64,000 bases of DNA from Candidatus Hodarchaeota archaeon (GCA_048887225.1 JBHLJY010000002.1:64001-128000); one strand, 5' to 3'; counted from the stretch's first letter, positions 41,769-50,778 are shown. Numbers and translations are program-made. The notes: a model not told the origin generated them from the sequence alone.

Positions 41769-41930
41769 TTCTCTAAGCCCTCAAAAATTATAAAATAAAA
41801 AGAGATTGATTTAAATTCGAGGTTACCCTCGTTTAAGCTTGGATGTGTCAATTATTCCCTTCTGAATTAAGACAAGATTTTCCACATGTCTGAATATTAA
41901 GAACAATCATGATTTTCTGACTAAGATATT

Positions 41931-43088
41931 CTAAAAATCTATTGGCCTCCCCTCATAAGCATATTCGAATATTTTTCGAAAATCTTCTTCTGAGGGACTT
42001 CTTGGATTAATGATTTTTGTGAAATCTGCATCTGCAAATGATACTAATTTTTCAATGTTTCGTTCCCATTCTTTTTTAGATATCCCAAAATCTTTTATGG
42101 TAATAGGAACATTAACTTTTTTTAAGAAATCTCGAACAAAATTAGCCAATGTTTTTGTAGCATCGTCATTAATTAATACATTTATATTATTCAAAATATT
42201 TTCATATTTTTTTTCACTTGTAGGTTTGTTAAATTCAATAATATAAGGCAACATTATGCTTACTGAGATACCATGTGGAATGTGATAAACAGCACCTATA
42301 GAATGACCACACGCGTGAGCAATAGCACAAACAGAATGACCAAGAGCTAATCCAGCAATAGAAGCGGCATAATGTACCTTCGCACGTATATTAATATCAT
42401 TTGCACCTTCTCCAACAGCAAGAGGTAAATAATTGATTATCAATTTAATTGCATGCAAATTCAAGGCATCAGTAAAATCTGAAGCTATATTACTATAAAT
42501 TCCTTCAATAGCATGCGTCAATGCATCCAAACCAGTTGAAGCGGTAAGTTTTGGTGGCATTTTTAGAGGCAACTTTGGATCAATGATTATCATTTCAGGA
42601 ACTAACTCTATAGAAGCAATTGCACCTTTTCTATTAGTTTCGCTGTCTGTGACTCCCGCTCCACCTGTACTTTCTGCTCCCGTACCAGACGTAGTTGGTA
42701 TTAATATTAATTTAGATTTTTGCCCTAATTTAGGGACTGTTCCTAAAATACATTCATGTAGTTTTTTATCTTCACATTCATAAAGAAAATATATCCCTTT
42801 TGCCGCATCCATTACAGAACCGCCCCCAAATCCGATAATTAAATCTGGTTTATATTCACGTGCAACCTCACCACCTTTGGATATAGTAATATCCATAGGA
42901 TCTGGTTCAATCTCATCAAAAAAAATAAAATCTTTTTTACTAAGAAATTTTGAGATTAAATTTCCATGTATCTCATTAATAACTTTATCAGTAACAACCA
43001 AAACTTTATTTTGGCTCAAATTTTTTAATTCTTTTAGAGATCCTTTTCCATAATAAATAATCGGTAATTTAATCATTCTCACAGTCAT
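41931..43088 (-). CDS. Iron-containing alcohol dehydrogenase
   Basis: GGGSVMDAAK, IPTTSGTGAE, DALTHAIE, AHACGH, HIPHG. Confidence 0.93.
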   Translation of the reverse strand: MTVRMIKLPIIYYGKGSLKELKNLSQNKVLVVTDKVINEIHGNLISKFLSKKDFIFFDEIEPDPMDITISKGGEVAREYKPDLIIGFGGGSVMDAAKGIYFLYECEDKKLHECILGTVPKLGQKSKLILIPTTSGTGAESTGGAGVTDSETNRKGAIASIELVPEMIIIDPKLPLKMPPKLTASTGLDALTHAIEGIYSNIASDFTDALNLHAIKLIINYLPLAVGEGANDINIRAKVHYAASIAGLALGHSVCAIAHACGHSIGAVYHIPHGISVSIMLPYIIEFNKPTSEKKYENILNNINVLINDDATKTLANFVRDFLKKVNVPITIKDFGISKKEWERNIEKLVSFADADFTKIINPRSPSEEDFRKIFEYAYEGRPIDF

Positions 43089-43178
43089 CTTTATACTCCT
43101 GTCGTTTTTTAATTTCTTTAAATTTAATAATTTAATATGAATTTCATGACTATGAAGTAAGTATGAATAATATAAAAA

Positions 43179-43251
43179 TATTTAACTTTTTTGTTAAAGG
43201 GCGATTTAGAATAAAAATCAAGAAATTATCTGTTTAGTTCAAGATATATGA
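43179..43251 (-). repeat. Partial promoter repeat plus site copy 13 (43226-43251)
   Basis: TTTAACTTTTTTGTTAAAGGGCGATTTAGAA...AGTTCAAGATATATGA. Confidence 0.8.
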
Positions 43252-43397
43252 TCCTATACTACTTATCACATACTTTAAAAATATAATGGAAAATTAGGTT
43301 ATACCAACGACAGATAAAGTATTTTTTAGAACTAAACTTTGGGTTAATGGCTCTTTATACTTTATGATTAGGAGTCTTATTTCTTATTTTTAATAAT

Positions 43398-43610
43398 TTA
43401 GGGGTAAAAACCTGGGGCACCATCTTTAAATCTTTCTGAAGCGGGTTCACCTCCAATCCCCCAATGAGTTCTGGGGATTTCGTGTACAATTACTTCAACA
43501 GCATGCTGAGGTACGCCTAAATTAACAAAAACTTTAGTTATATTTTCAATTACTACTTTTACTCTTTCTTCTCCAAAACCTTTCCAAACATGAACATGAA
43601 CTATTGGTAT
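43398..43610 (-). CDS. 4-oxalocrotonate tautomerase family protein (ATA at the start position; missed by the ORF track)
   Basis: (I/M)PIVHVHVWKG...AVEVIVHEIPRTHWGIGG; 70 codons plus stop. Confidence 0.8.
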   Translation of the reverse strand: MPIVHVHVWKGFGEERVKVVIENITKVFVNLGVPQHAVEVIVHEIPRTHWGIGGEPASERFKDGAPGFYP

Positions 43611-43703
43611 TTTATTTCAACTCTAAATTTATTTTTAAATTTAATCTATCTTATTTAATGTTAAAATTCTCTTTATAATATTTCCTTTAAAATTTATACT
43701 TAT

Positions 43704-45221
43704 TTAACTTTTTTCTAATATTAAGTCAGCTGCTAAACAACCTGTGTACATAGAAACGGGATAACCTCCTAAAAATGGCTCTAAAACCGAATATATCCCC
43801 ACCATTAATAAATTTTGTATTGGGGTCTCAATGAGCAATTTTGTTGTTACTCTTATTTTTTTCATATCTCGAGACCACCCTGCAACAGAACCATTATATC
43901 TTTGACCCCAATCTCTATAAGTTAAGGGTGTCGCAATTTCAATTTTTTGAATCGAGGATGAAAGTCCGGGTAATATTTGCTCGACAACTTTTATAAGTTT
44001 TTCTGCTAAAGCATTTTTATATTCTTTATACCCCTCTTTTCTCATTTTTTCTCCAATTCTCCATTTTTCAAAATGTTTATAGGGCATAGTAACCCTTATA
44101 ACTAAGCTTTTCATTCCCTCTGGGGCGAAATTCGGCGATTTATTCGACCATAGACAAATCTCAATCTCTTTATTTTCAAAATCATCGAGGTCATCATCTT
44201 CAGATTTTGCGATTTTTGCTCGATAAAATAAATGGTCTGCTCTCATTCGACTAAAATCAATCTTATCGGAGTCCACACCTAAATAAACACAAAACTCAGA
44301 ACCAGTATAGGCTGTATTTTTAATAATATCAAGGTATGATTTAGCAATCATATTTGGATCAATTAAATCTAAGTATACCTTTTTATAATCAGCATTTGCA
44401 ACGATCCAATGCGCTCTGAAAAATTTTCCTTCTTCAGTTTCTACACCGATGGCTCTACTATTTTCAATTATTATCTTTATTACAGGTGAGTTCAACTTTA
44501 TTTCGCCATTATTTTTCTGAATATATTCACTAAGTAATTCGTTAATCCCATGTATCCCGCAAGAAGGAAACCAGATGCCTTCAATAGACATAATATTCCA
44601 CATAAATGCAAGATGCACCATATTCATAATGGGCTCAAAGGTACCTTGACTCCCCAATAATCTTTTTAAAGAATCATTCTCTAGATACTTTTCTAATAAA
44701 ATTTTTGATGATTTTTCTTTATACCTTTCATATAATTCATACTCCTCTCTATGTATTTTCAATAGCAATTCTTCTGCTAATTCACGCTTTTTACCTATCA
44801 AATATTCTGGATGCCATTTATTTACTTGACTTATCACTTTCAATAATTTGTCAAACTCTAAAAAGAATTTTTCAATACCAATCCGATCTTCTAGATATAA
44901 TTCTTTTAATGCTTCTTTAAAATTATTCCACTCTTGAGAATATATTATATCAATTTTAGGAGTTATTAATTGAAAATTACTTCTTTGAAATGAAATATTT
45001 TGATTAATCCCTATATCATCTAATATTTCTTTTACCAAATTAGGAAAGCTAAATGACAAAGGACCCATTGGAAAATAAAAATTTCCCCTTCTAAATATGT
45101 GACTCGTGCCTCCTATATGATGAATTTTCTCTAAAATTAAAACTTTCTTACCTTTTGATGCTAATTTTGCCGCGCATGTTAGCCCCCCAACACCCGCTCC
45201 GATAATTATTACATCATACAT
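43704..45221 (-). CDS. Phytoene-dehydrogenase-like FAD oxidoreductase
   Basis: GAGVGGL...EK...GG, ATPLTY, G..AGW, GGYP...TG. Confidence 0.88.
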   Translation of the reverse strand: MYDVIIIGAGVGGLTCAAKLASKGKKVLILEKIHHIGGTSHIFRRGNFYFPMGPLSFSFPNLVKEILDDIGINQNISFQRSNFQLITPKIDIIYSQEWNNFKEALKELYLEDRIGIEKFFLEFDKLLKVISQVNKWHPEYLIGKKRELAEELLLKIHREEYELYERYKEKSSKILLEKYLENDSLKRLLGSQGTFEPIMNMVHLAFMWNIMSIEGIWFPSCGIHGINELLSEYIQKNNGEIKLNSPVIKIIIENSRAIGVETEEGKFFRAHWIVANADYKKVYLDLIDPNMIAKSYLDIIKNTAYTGSEFCVYLGVDSDKIDFSRMRADHLFYRAKIAKSEDDDLDDFENKEIEICLWSNKSPNFAPEGMKSLVIRVTMPYKHFEKWRIGEKMRKEGYKEYKNALAEKLIKVVEQILPGLSSSIQKIEIATPLTYRDWGQRYNGSVAGWSRDMKKIRVTTKLLIETPIQNLLMVGIYSVLEPFLGGYPVSMYTGCLAADLILEKS

Positions 45222-45227
45222 AGATTT

Positions 45228-45359
45228 TAGATAAATTCACCCATAAATTTATGGATTAAGTAAAGAAGGGAGAAATTAGTATTTAAAGATTTAACTTTTT
45301 GGTAATAGGCGATTTAGAATAAAAATCAAGAAATCATATATTTAGTTCAGGATATAAGA
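45228..45359 (-). repeat. Cassette promoter/leader repeat plus site copy 14 (45334-45359)
   Basis: TCATATATTT-AGTTCA-GGATATAAGA. Confidence 0.85.
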
Positions 45360-45413
45360 GAGAAATGAAAAAAAAAGAAGAATTTAAAATTTAAAATATT
45401 TCCTTATTTAGTT

Positions 45414-45809
45414 TTATTTGCGCTTTTGTATTATAATATGAATACCTAGTATAGCGAAAAAGAGATTCACAATCATAGCTATTATGGTACCAGCAGAAAA
45501 TACATTATACATAATAATGCCAATAAGTTCAGCGATGAAAATTAAAATTTGTGCCATTACAGCAAATAACACCCATTCCTCAATCTTCTCCCAGTTATCA
45601 AGTTTCTTTAATAATCTTATTACAATTATCGCCCAAGATATAAAAACTGCTCCTACAACTCTAGCAGTAACTGGAGCAAAATAGCCTGCAGTACCTAATA
45701 TTGCATAATAAGATTCATAAGAAATAAAAAACCACAAGCCGTAAATGAGCAATACTATTAGACCTGCAATCCAAAATATTTTAAGTTCTTTATCAACATC
45801 TAATGCCAT
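45414..45809 (-). CDS. Family A four-TM membrane protein
   Basis: Near-duplicate of 48494..48889. Confidence 0.9.
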   Translation of the reverse strand: MALDVDKELKIFWIAGLIVLLIYGLWFFISYESYYAILGTAGYFAPVTARVVGAVFISWAIIVIRLLKKLDNWEKIEEWVLFAVMAQILIFIAELIGIIMYNVFSAGTIIAMIVNLFFAILGIHIIIQKRK

Positions 45810-45865
45810 CGTTTTCCCTCCAATTAATTTTTTTTATTGAGATTTTTAAATTTCTATTTTTTATG

Positions 45866-45997
45866 TTAGACATTTCACACATAGATTTAAGGATAATTTA
45901 AAATATTGATAAATAAGTATTTAAAGATTTAACTTTTTTGTAATGGGCGATTTAGAAAGAAAATCAAGAAATTATCTATTTAGTTCAAAATATAGGA
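45866..45997 (-). repeat. Diverged promoter/leader repeat plus site copy 15 (45972-45997)
   Basis: TTATCTATTT-AGTTCA-AAATATAGGA. Confidence 0.8.
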
Positions 45998-46021
45998 TTT
46001 TTTAATACTTAAAATTTAAAT

Positions 46022-48376
46022 ATGTTTTACAAAGTTAAATTCTTATATAAGAAATATACATATGACGAGTTTTTAACAAAATTGAAAAGTTCGAAAAAAG
46101 CAATCTTTGTAGCTATAGCATTCTTATTTAGTGGTTTGATTGTTTTTCTATTTACTCCTACTGAACGACGAGTACTTCACGATCAAAATTCGGAAATCAA
46201 GATTGAAGAAGAAATAGCTAGAGATGCAGGATCAGGAACCATTTACTATGTCGATAGCATCAACGGGGATGACTCTAATCCCGGAACTTCTGGTACTCCA
46301 TGGAAAACAATACGTAAAGTCAATTCAATGACGTTCAAGCCAGGAGATTCAATATTATTCAAAAGGGGCGGAAGTTGGAGAGAGTATTTAGATCCTCAGA
46401 ATGGTAATAGCACGGATAAAATCACATACGGAACGTACGGAACGGGTCCTAAACCAAAATTTATTGGCGCTTTATTAAGAAATGAGACGATTGACTGGTT
46501 CGATATGGGCGGGAACATTTGGTCTACGAATAGTTCAAAAGAGGTTGGTTCTCAATTACTTTCGAATCCCAGCTTCGAATCCGGCACTTCAGGGTGGGTT
46601 TTCTACAATCACACAGATACTAGAGCAGAGGGTTACCAAGATACTATTCGATATGATTCTGGAAGTGCGAGTTATGGTATAAACTGTACAACAAGAAGCA
46701 TTTATCCTTATGATATCTCATTTAGAGCAACAGATATAATAGTAATACAAGGATGTCTTTACAATTTCTCATTTCGAGCGAAATGTACGCAACCATTTAA
46801 CATTAGCGCCATTGATATAATGAATTATACTGGTTCTGATACTATTAGATTAACTTCTCACACCACTAATCAAACTCCTACGATTACAACAACATGGAAA
46901 ACGTATCACGTTCTATTTAGGGTAGATAAATCATGCACTACAGGGTGGATAATATTTGCTCTTGGAGATGTTTTGCCTGAGGGGTCCATATTTAATATTG
47001 ATACATGTTCCTTCAAGATGCTTCAAAATGACACTCTGTTTTATGCTGATATCGGGAATCTAATTTTTAACAATGAGCAGGAGTGTGGTCTAAAAGTGTG
47101 GAATGCGACGGATTTAGATTCTCAGGGCGAATTCTGGTTTGATGAGGATAATTGGTTTGTAAAGATGTATTCAGTTGATAATCCAGCGTCGGTTTATTCA
47201 GATGGAATAGAAGTTTGCATGGGACGCCACATTATTGATGAAGAGGGGAAGCATGACATTATTTATGAGAATTTGCATTTGATGTACGGTGGTGCTCATG
47301 GAATTGGTGGAGGGAACACATACAATATCACAATACGATACTGTGATTTCTCTTATATTGGGGGAAGTGAACTGCCAAGCACTCTTTACAACAATATTCG
47401 ATTTGGAAATGCAATCGAATTTTGGTCAAATGCTAGCGATAATTTAGTAGAACATTGTAAGATATGGGAAATCTATGATGCGGGGATAACCAATCAAGGG
47501 ACCTACAGTGGCAATAAGCAATATAATCTTATATACAATAATAATACAATCTGGAATTGTGAGATGTCGTTCGAAATTTGGAATAACCCCGCTAATTCTA
47601 TTATGCATAATATTTATATCGAGAATAATACCTGTTATGACGCTGGTTCTGGATGGGGCAATAGCCAGCGATATGATCCTAAAGGTACTCATTTATATCT
47701 TGGATGGAATACGGCAAATACCATAGATATATTTATCCGGAATAACATTTTTTACGAGGTAAATATGTCCTGTCTATATATCCACAATGAAACGTGGTCT
47801 CAATATGCTTTAGGCAACCTCACTTTAGATTATAATATGTATTATTCTACAGCCGCAAATTATATGATTTATTATCAGAATGATTTGTATTTATATGATG
47901 ATTTCTCACAATATCAAGCTGACACTGGGAAAGATGCTCATTCGTATGCTGGACCACTGCCAAAAGTTAAGAACCTGGAAATAACTCCGAGTAATGTTTA
48001 TGTAGGGAATAAGGTTACTATTCAATTCGAAGTTGATGATATTATTGGTCTTAAAAACGTGTCTATTGAGATTTTTGGAAAAAATCACACATTAAAAGCA
48101 TATTCTGGTGTGTATAACTATTCTTGGACTGCTAATAATAGTGGAACTGTCAATTATAAGATACATATGGAAGATTTGACGGGTTATAATAATTCGATGA
48201 GCCGATCTATATCGGTAAATATCTATATCCCGCCAAGCGGCGATGATGATGATAATGACGATGATGATGAAGAAGCAATAATTCCATTCGGAAATTATTA
48301 TCTGCTATTTGCGGTTCTTGCTATGCTCTCTTTAATTGTAATTATAAAGCGAAAAGCAATTTTTAAAGAGTTATAA
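46022..48376 (+). CDS. Secreted right-handed beta-helix protein with CBM4/9-like domain and C-terminal anchor tail (start possibly TTG 46082)
   Basis: YYVDSINGDDSNPGTS..PWKT, PGDSILFKRG, LLSNPSFE, Asn-ladder repeats, IPFGNY-TM-KRK. Confidence 0.85.
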   Translation: MFYKVKFLYKKYTYDEFLTKLKSSKKAIFVAIAFLFSGLIVFLFTPTERRVLHDQNSEIKIEEEIARDAGSGTIYYVDSINGDDSNPGTSGTPWKTIRKVNSMTFKPGDSILFKRGGSWREYLDPQNGNSTDKITYGTYGTGPKPKFIGALLRNETIDWFDMGGNIWSTNSSKEVGSQLLSNPSFESGTSGWVFYNHTDTRAEGYQDTIRYDSGSASYGINCTTRSIYPYDISFRATDIIVIQGCLYNFSFRAKCTQPFNISAIDIMNYTGSDTIRLTSHTTNQTPTITTTWKTYHVLFRVDKSCTTGWIIFALGDVLPEGSIFNIDTCSFKMLQNDTLFYADIGNLIFNNEQECGLKVWNATDLDSQGEFWFDEDNWFVKMYSVDNPASVYSDGIEVCMGRHIIDEEGKHDIIYENLHLMYGGAHGIGGGNTYNITIRYCDFSYIGGSELPSTLYNNIRFGNAIEFWSNASDNLVEHCKIWEIYDAGITNQGTYSGNKQYNLIYNNNTIWNCEMSFEIWNNPANSIMHNIYIENNTCYDAGSGWGNSQRYDPKGTHLYLGWNTANTIDIFIRNNIFYEVNMSCLYIHNETWSQYALGNLTLDYNMYYSTAANYMIYYQNDLYLYDDFSQYQADTGKDAHSYAGPLPKVKNLEITPSNVYVGNKVTIQFEVDDIIGLKNVSIEIFGKNHTLKAYSGVYNYSWTANNSGTVNYKIHMEDLTGYNNSMSRSISVNIYIPPSGDDDDNDDDDEEAIIPFGNYYLLFAVLAMLSLIVIIKRKAIFKEL

Positions 48377-48415
48377 TACTTTTTTTTCTTTTTCTTAATT
48401 CAGTCTAAAATTGAA

Positions 48416-48441
48416 TCATATATTTAGTTCAAGATATAAGA
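48416..48441 (+). repeat. Site copy 16 (between convergent genes)
   Basis: TCATATATTT-AGTTCA-AGATATAAGA. Confidence 0.88.
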
Positions 48442-48493
48442 GAGAAATGAAAAAAAAGAAGAATTTAAAATTAAAATATTTCCTTATTTAGTT

Positions 48494-48889
48494 TTATTTG
48501 CGCTTTTGTATTATAATATGAATACCTACTATAGCGAAAAAGATATTAATAATTATAACTATTATGGTACCAGCAGTTAATAAATTATACACAACAATGC
48601 CAATAATTTCAGCGATTAAAACTAAAATTTGTGACATTACAGCAAATAACACCCACTCCTCAATCTTCTCCCAGTTATCAAGTTTCTTTAATAATCTTAT
48701 TACAATTATCGCCCAAGATATAAAAACTGCTCCTACAACTCTAGCAGTAACTGGAGCAAAATAGCCTGCAACACCTAATAATGCGTGATAAGACTCATAA
48801 GAAATAAAAAACCACAAACCGTAAACGAGCAATACTATTAGACCTGCAATCCAAAATATTTTAAGTTCTTTATTAACATCTAATGCCAT
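48494..48889 (-). CDS. Family A four-TM membrane protein
   Basis: Near-duplicate of 45414..45809. Confidence 0.9.
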   Translation of the reverse strand: MALDVNKELKIFWIAGLIVLLVYGLWFFISYESYHALLGVAGYFAPVTARVVGAVFISWAIIVIRLLKKLDNWEKIEEWVLFAVMSQILVLIAEIIGIVVYNLLTAGTIIVIIINIFFAIVGIHIIIQKRK

Positions 48890-48942
48890 TATTTTCACTC
48901 CAAATATATTTTTTTATTGAATTTTTTAATTTTCTTTCTTTT

Positions 48943-49021
48943 ATTAGATATTTCACCCATAAATTTATGGATTAAGTAAAGAATTGACAAATAAGTATTT
49001 AAAGATTTAACTTTTTTGTAA
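48943..49021 (-). promoter_or_regulatory. Last cassette promoter/leader repeat (no site follows)
   Basis: CCATAAATTTATGG at 48957-48970; TTTAAATA (minus strand) at 48996-49003. Confidence 0.8.
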
Positions 49022-49400
49022 TTTATTTCTATTGTTTTTCAGAATTCCCAATAATGATATTAAACGTATGGTTGAAGCAATATCTGCAAATCATCCTTTT
49101 ATTGCCCAGCGTATTGCTTCCTCTTCTGTCTGGAACTCTTGAGTTTGCCTTCTTTAAGACTTTTGCGAACTTTCTTAACAACTACCACTAAGTTCAAATG
49201 AACCCATATCACAAGAATTAATAATGAGTGTGCGCATACCTGGAGGAATGTATCAAAGAGAAATTCCTAATAATATCCCTCTTTTGCTATTACATGACTC
49301 CAATGATATAAATATATGGTCCTTGGTAGCTCTACCTGGTTCAGCAACTTTAAAATTTATAAAATATTAGTAGAATCTAAAAAAAGGGAGAAAAATAATA

Positions 49401-49907
49401 ATGAATGAGGAAAAAAAGCAAAAAGAATATTGGGATAACTTAAAGGGTTTTGCTATATGGCTCGGGACATATGGTTGGATAATATTGCTCTTTGGAGGTA
49501 TACTTTTCATTCTATGGGGATTTATAGGATTACTATACCCTGCAGTTGCAGAAGCTACAATTGAGCAGGTACCTGTTTTATACGCTAATCTTGTAATTGA
49601 TATAGCAGGGATTCTTCACATACATGGCCTATTCACTTATATAATGTGGTTTGTAGGTGGGATATTGGCGATTATTTTTACATTCGCATTTGTTAAACCG
49701 CGATTTTCAAATAGGTGGAAAGAAACGGATTATGATTATTTACTTAATGACGTTATTAAAATAGGTAGATTAAGAATTCCTCTAATGTTAATAGTTGGCA
49801 TTATTTTGGAAATTCTTATGTCTTGGTGGGGCGGATTAATAATTATAATACCCCTCTTGTTATTGGTTTTTATTGGGCCAAAGAAATATAAGTGGAAAGA
49901 AAATTAA
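49401..49907 (+). CDS. Hypothetical membrane protein
   Basis: Multiple TM helices, GGGAG RBS. Confidence 0.75.
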   Translation: MNEEKKQKEYWDNLKGFAIWLGTYGWIILLFGGILFILWGFIGLLYPAVAEATIEQVPVLYANLVIDIAGILHIHGLFTYIMWFVGGILAIIFTFAFVKPRFSNRWKETDYDYLLNDVIKIGRLRIPLMLIVGIILEILMSWWGGLIIIIPLLLLVFIGPKKYKWKEN

Positions 49908-49975
49908 GAAATTATAAAGATTTATTACTAATTATGACTAATTTAAGTCAAAATGAAAGAATTTAGATTTGAATA

Positions 49976-50374
49976 ATGTTTAAAAAATTTCCTCTAAAGT
50001 CTAAGGATTTTAATCCATTTTGCGAATTAATTGGACTTGATTTCACTAAAATTGGTAAAGGATATACTCAGTGCGCTTTGAAAGTTAATGAGAATTTATT
50101 AAATCCTCACAAAGTGCTGCACGGTGGAGTAATGTATTCAATGGCGGATACGGGGATGGGAGGGGCTCTTTATACATTATTAGACAAATCTGAGAGTTGT
50201 GCTACAATAGAAATTAAAATAAATTATTTTATACCCGTTACTTCGGGAACACTCACATGTAATACAAGTTTAATTCATAAGGGTAAAAAGACTGCTGTTA
50301 TAGAATCAGATATATTAAATGATGGAACTCTCGTTGCAAAAGCAATCGGAACATATTCTATCTTTAAAGTCTAA
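49976..50374 (+). CDS. PaaI-family hotdog thioesterase
   Basis: NPHKVLHGG...MADTGMG...TIEIKINY. Confidence 0.92.
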   Translation: MFKKFPLKSKDFNPFCELIGLDFTKIGKGYTQCALKVNENLLNPHKVLHGGVMYSMADTGMGGALYTLLDKSESCATIEIKINYFIPVTSGTLTCNTSLIHKGKKTAVIESDILNDGTLVAKAIGTYSIFKV

Positions 50375-50385
50375 AGTCGCATATT

Positions 50386-50778
50386 TTAATAGGCATCTAT
50401 TATTTTCTGGTAATATTTAGTCAAATTATCAAATACAATATCAATTTTAGATTCCTTCTCAATTAAGAATGCTAAAAAGTTTTTAGTATCACATTCAACA
50501 ATAACTATTGTCTGCTCTTCCAACTCAGCAATTATTTTGCCAATTTTATTGACACCAAAAGTCTTTCCTAAGCCTTCAGCACTTTCCAAAACTGAAGCGC
50601 ACATAGCCGCAAACTCATTATAATCAGCACCTTTACCAATATTTTCACTAATTAATCCTCCATCACGAGTTGAAAGTAAAACTCCTTTAAATTTGCCTAG
50701 TTCCTTCATCTCATCTAGAATTAGATTGATTTTTTCAAATTTCTGAGGATGTGATGGTTTGTCTTTACTCATTTTCAT
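50386..50778 (-). CDS. Roadblock/LC7 domain protein
   Basis: GVLLSTRDGGLI...FAAMCASVL. Confidence 0.85.
   Translation of the reverse strand: MKMSKDKPSHPQKFEKINLILDEMKELGKFKGVLLSTRDGGLISENIGKGADYNEFAAMCASVLESAEGLGKTFGVNKIGKIIAELEEQTIVIVECDTKNFLAFLIEKESKIDIVFDNLTKYYQKIIDAY

Larger units (their letters stand above)
26726..49021. mobile_element. Gene-cassette array / plasticity region delimited by repeated palindromic sites
   Basis: 16 copies of a 26-bp site, ~11 copies of a promoter-leader, two expanded small-gene families and unrelated cargo genes. Confidence 0.65.

Noticed and set aside
45414-48889. Diversity-generating retroelement template/variable pair
   Set aside because: Differences between the two copies are not restricted to adenines, both are full genes, and no reverse transcriptase is present.
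26726-49021. CRISPR array
   Set aside because: Repeats are separated by whole genes (roughly 0.1-5 kb), not 30-45-nt spacers; no cas genes.
26726-49021. Classical integron attC sites
   Set aside because: A GTTAAAT matching GTTRRRY is present, but there is no long imperfect palindrome linking it to an RYYYAAC box, cassettes have their own promoters and no IntI is present.
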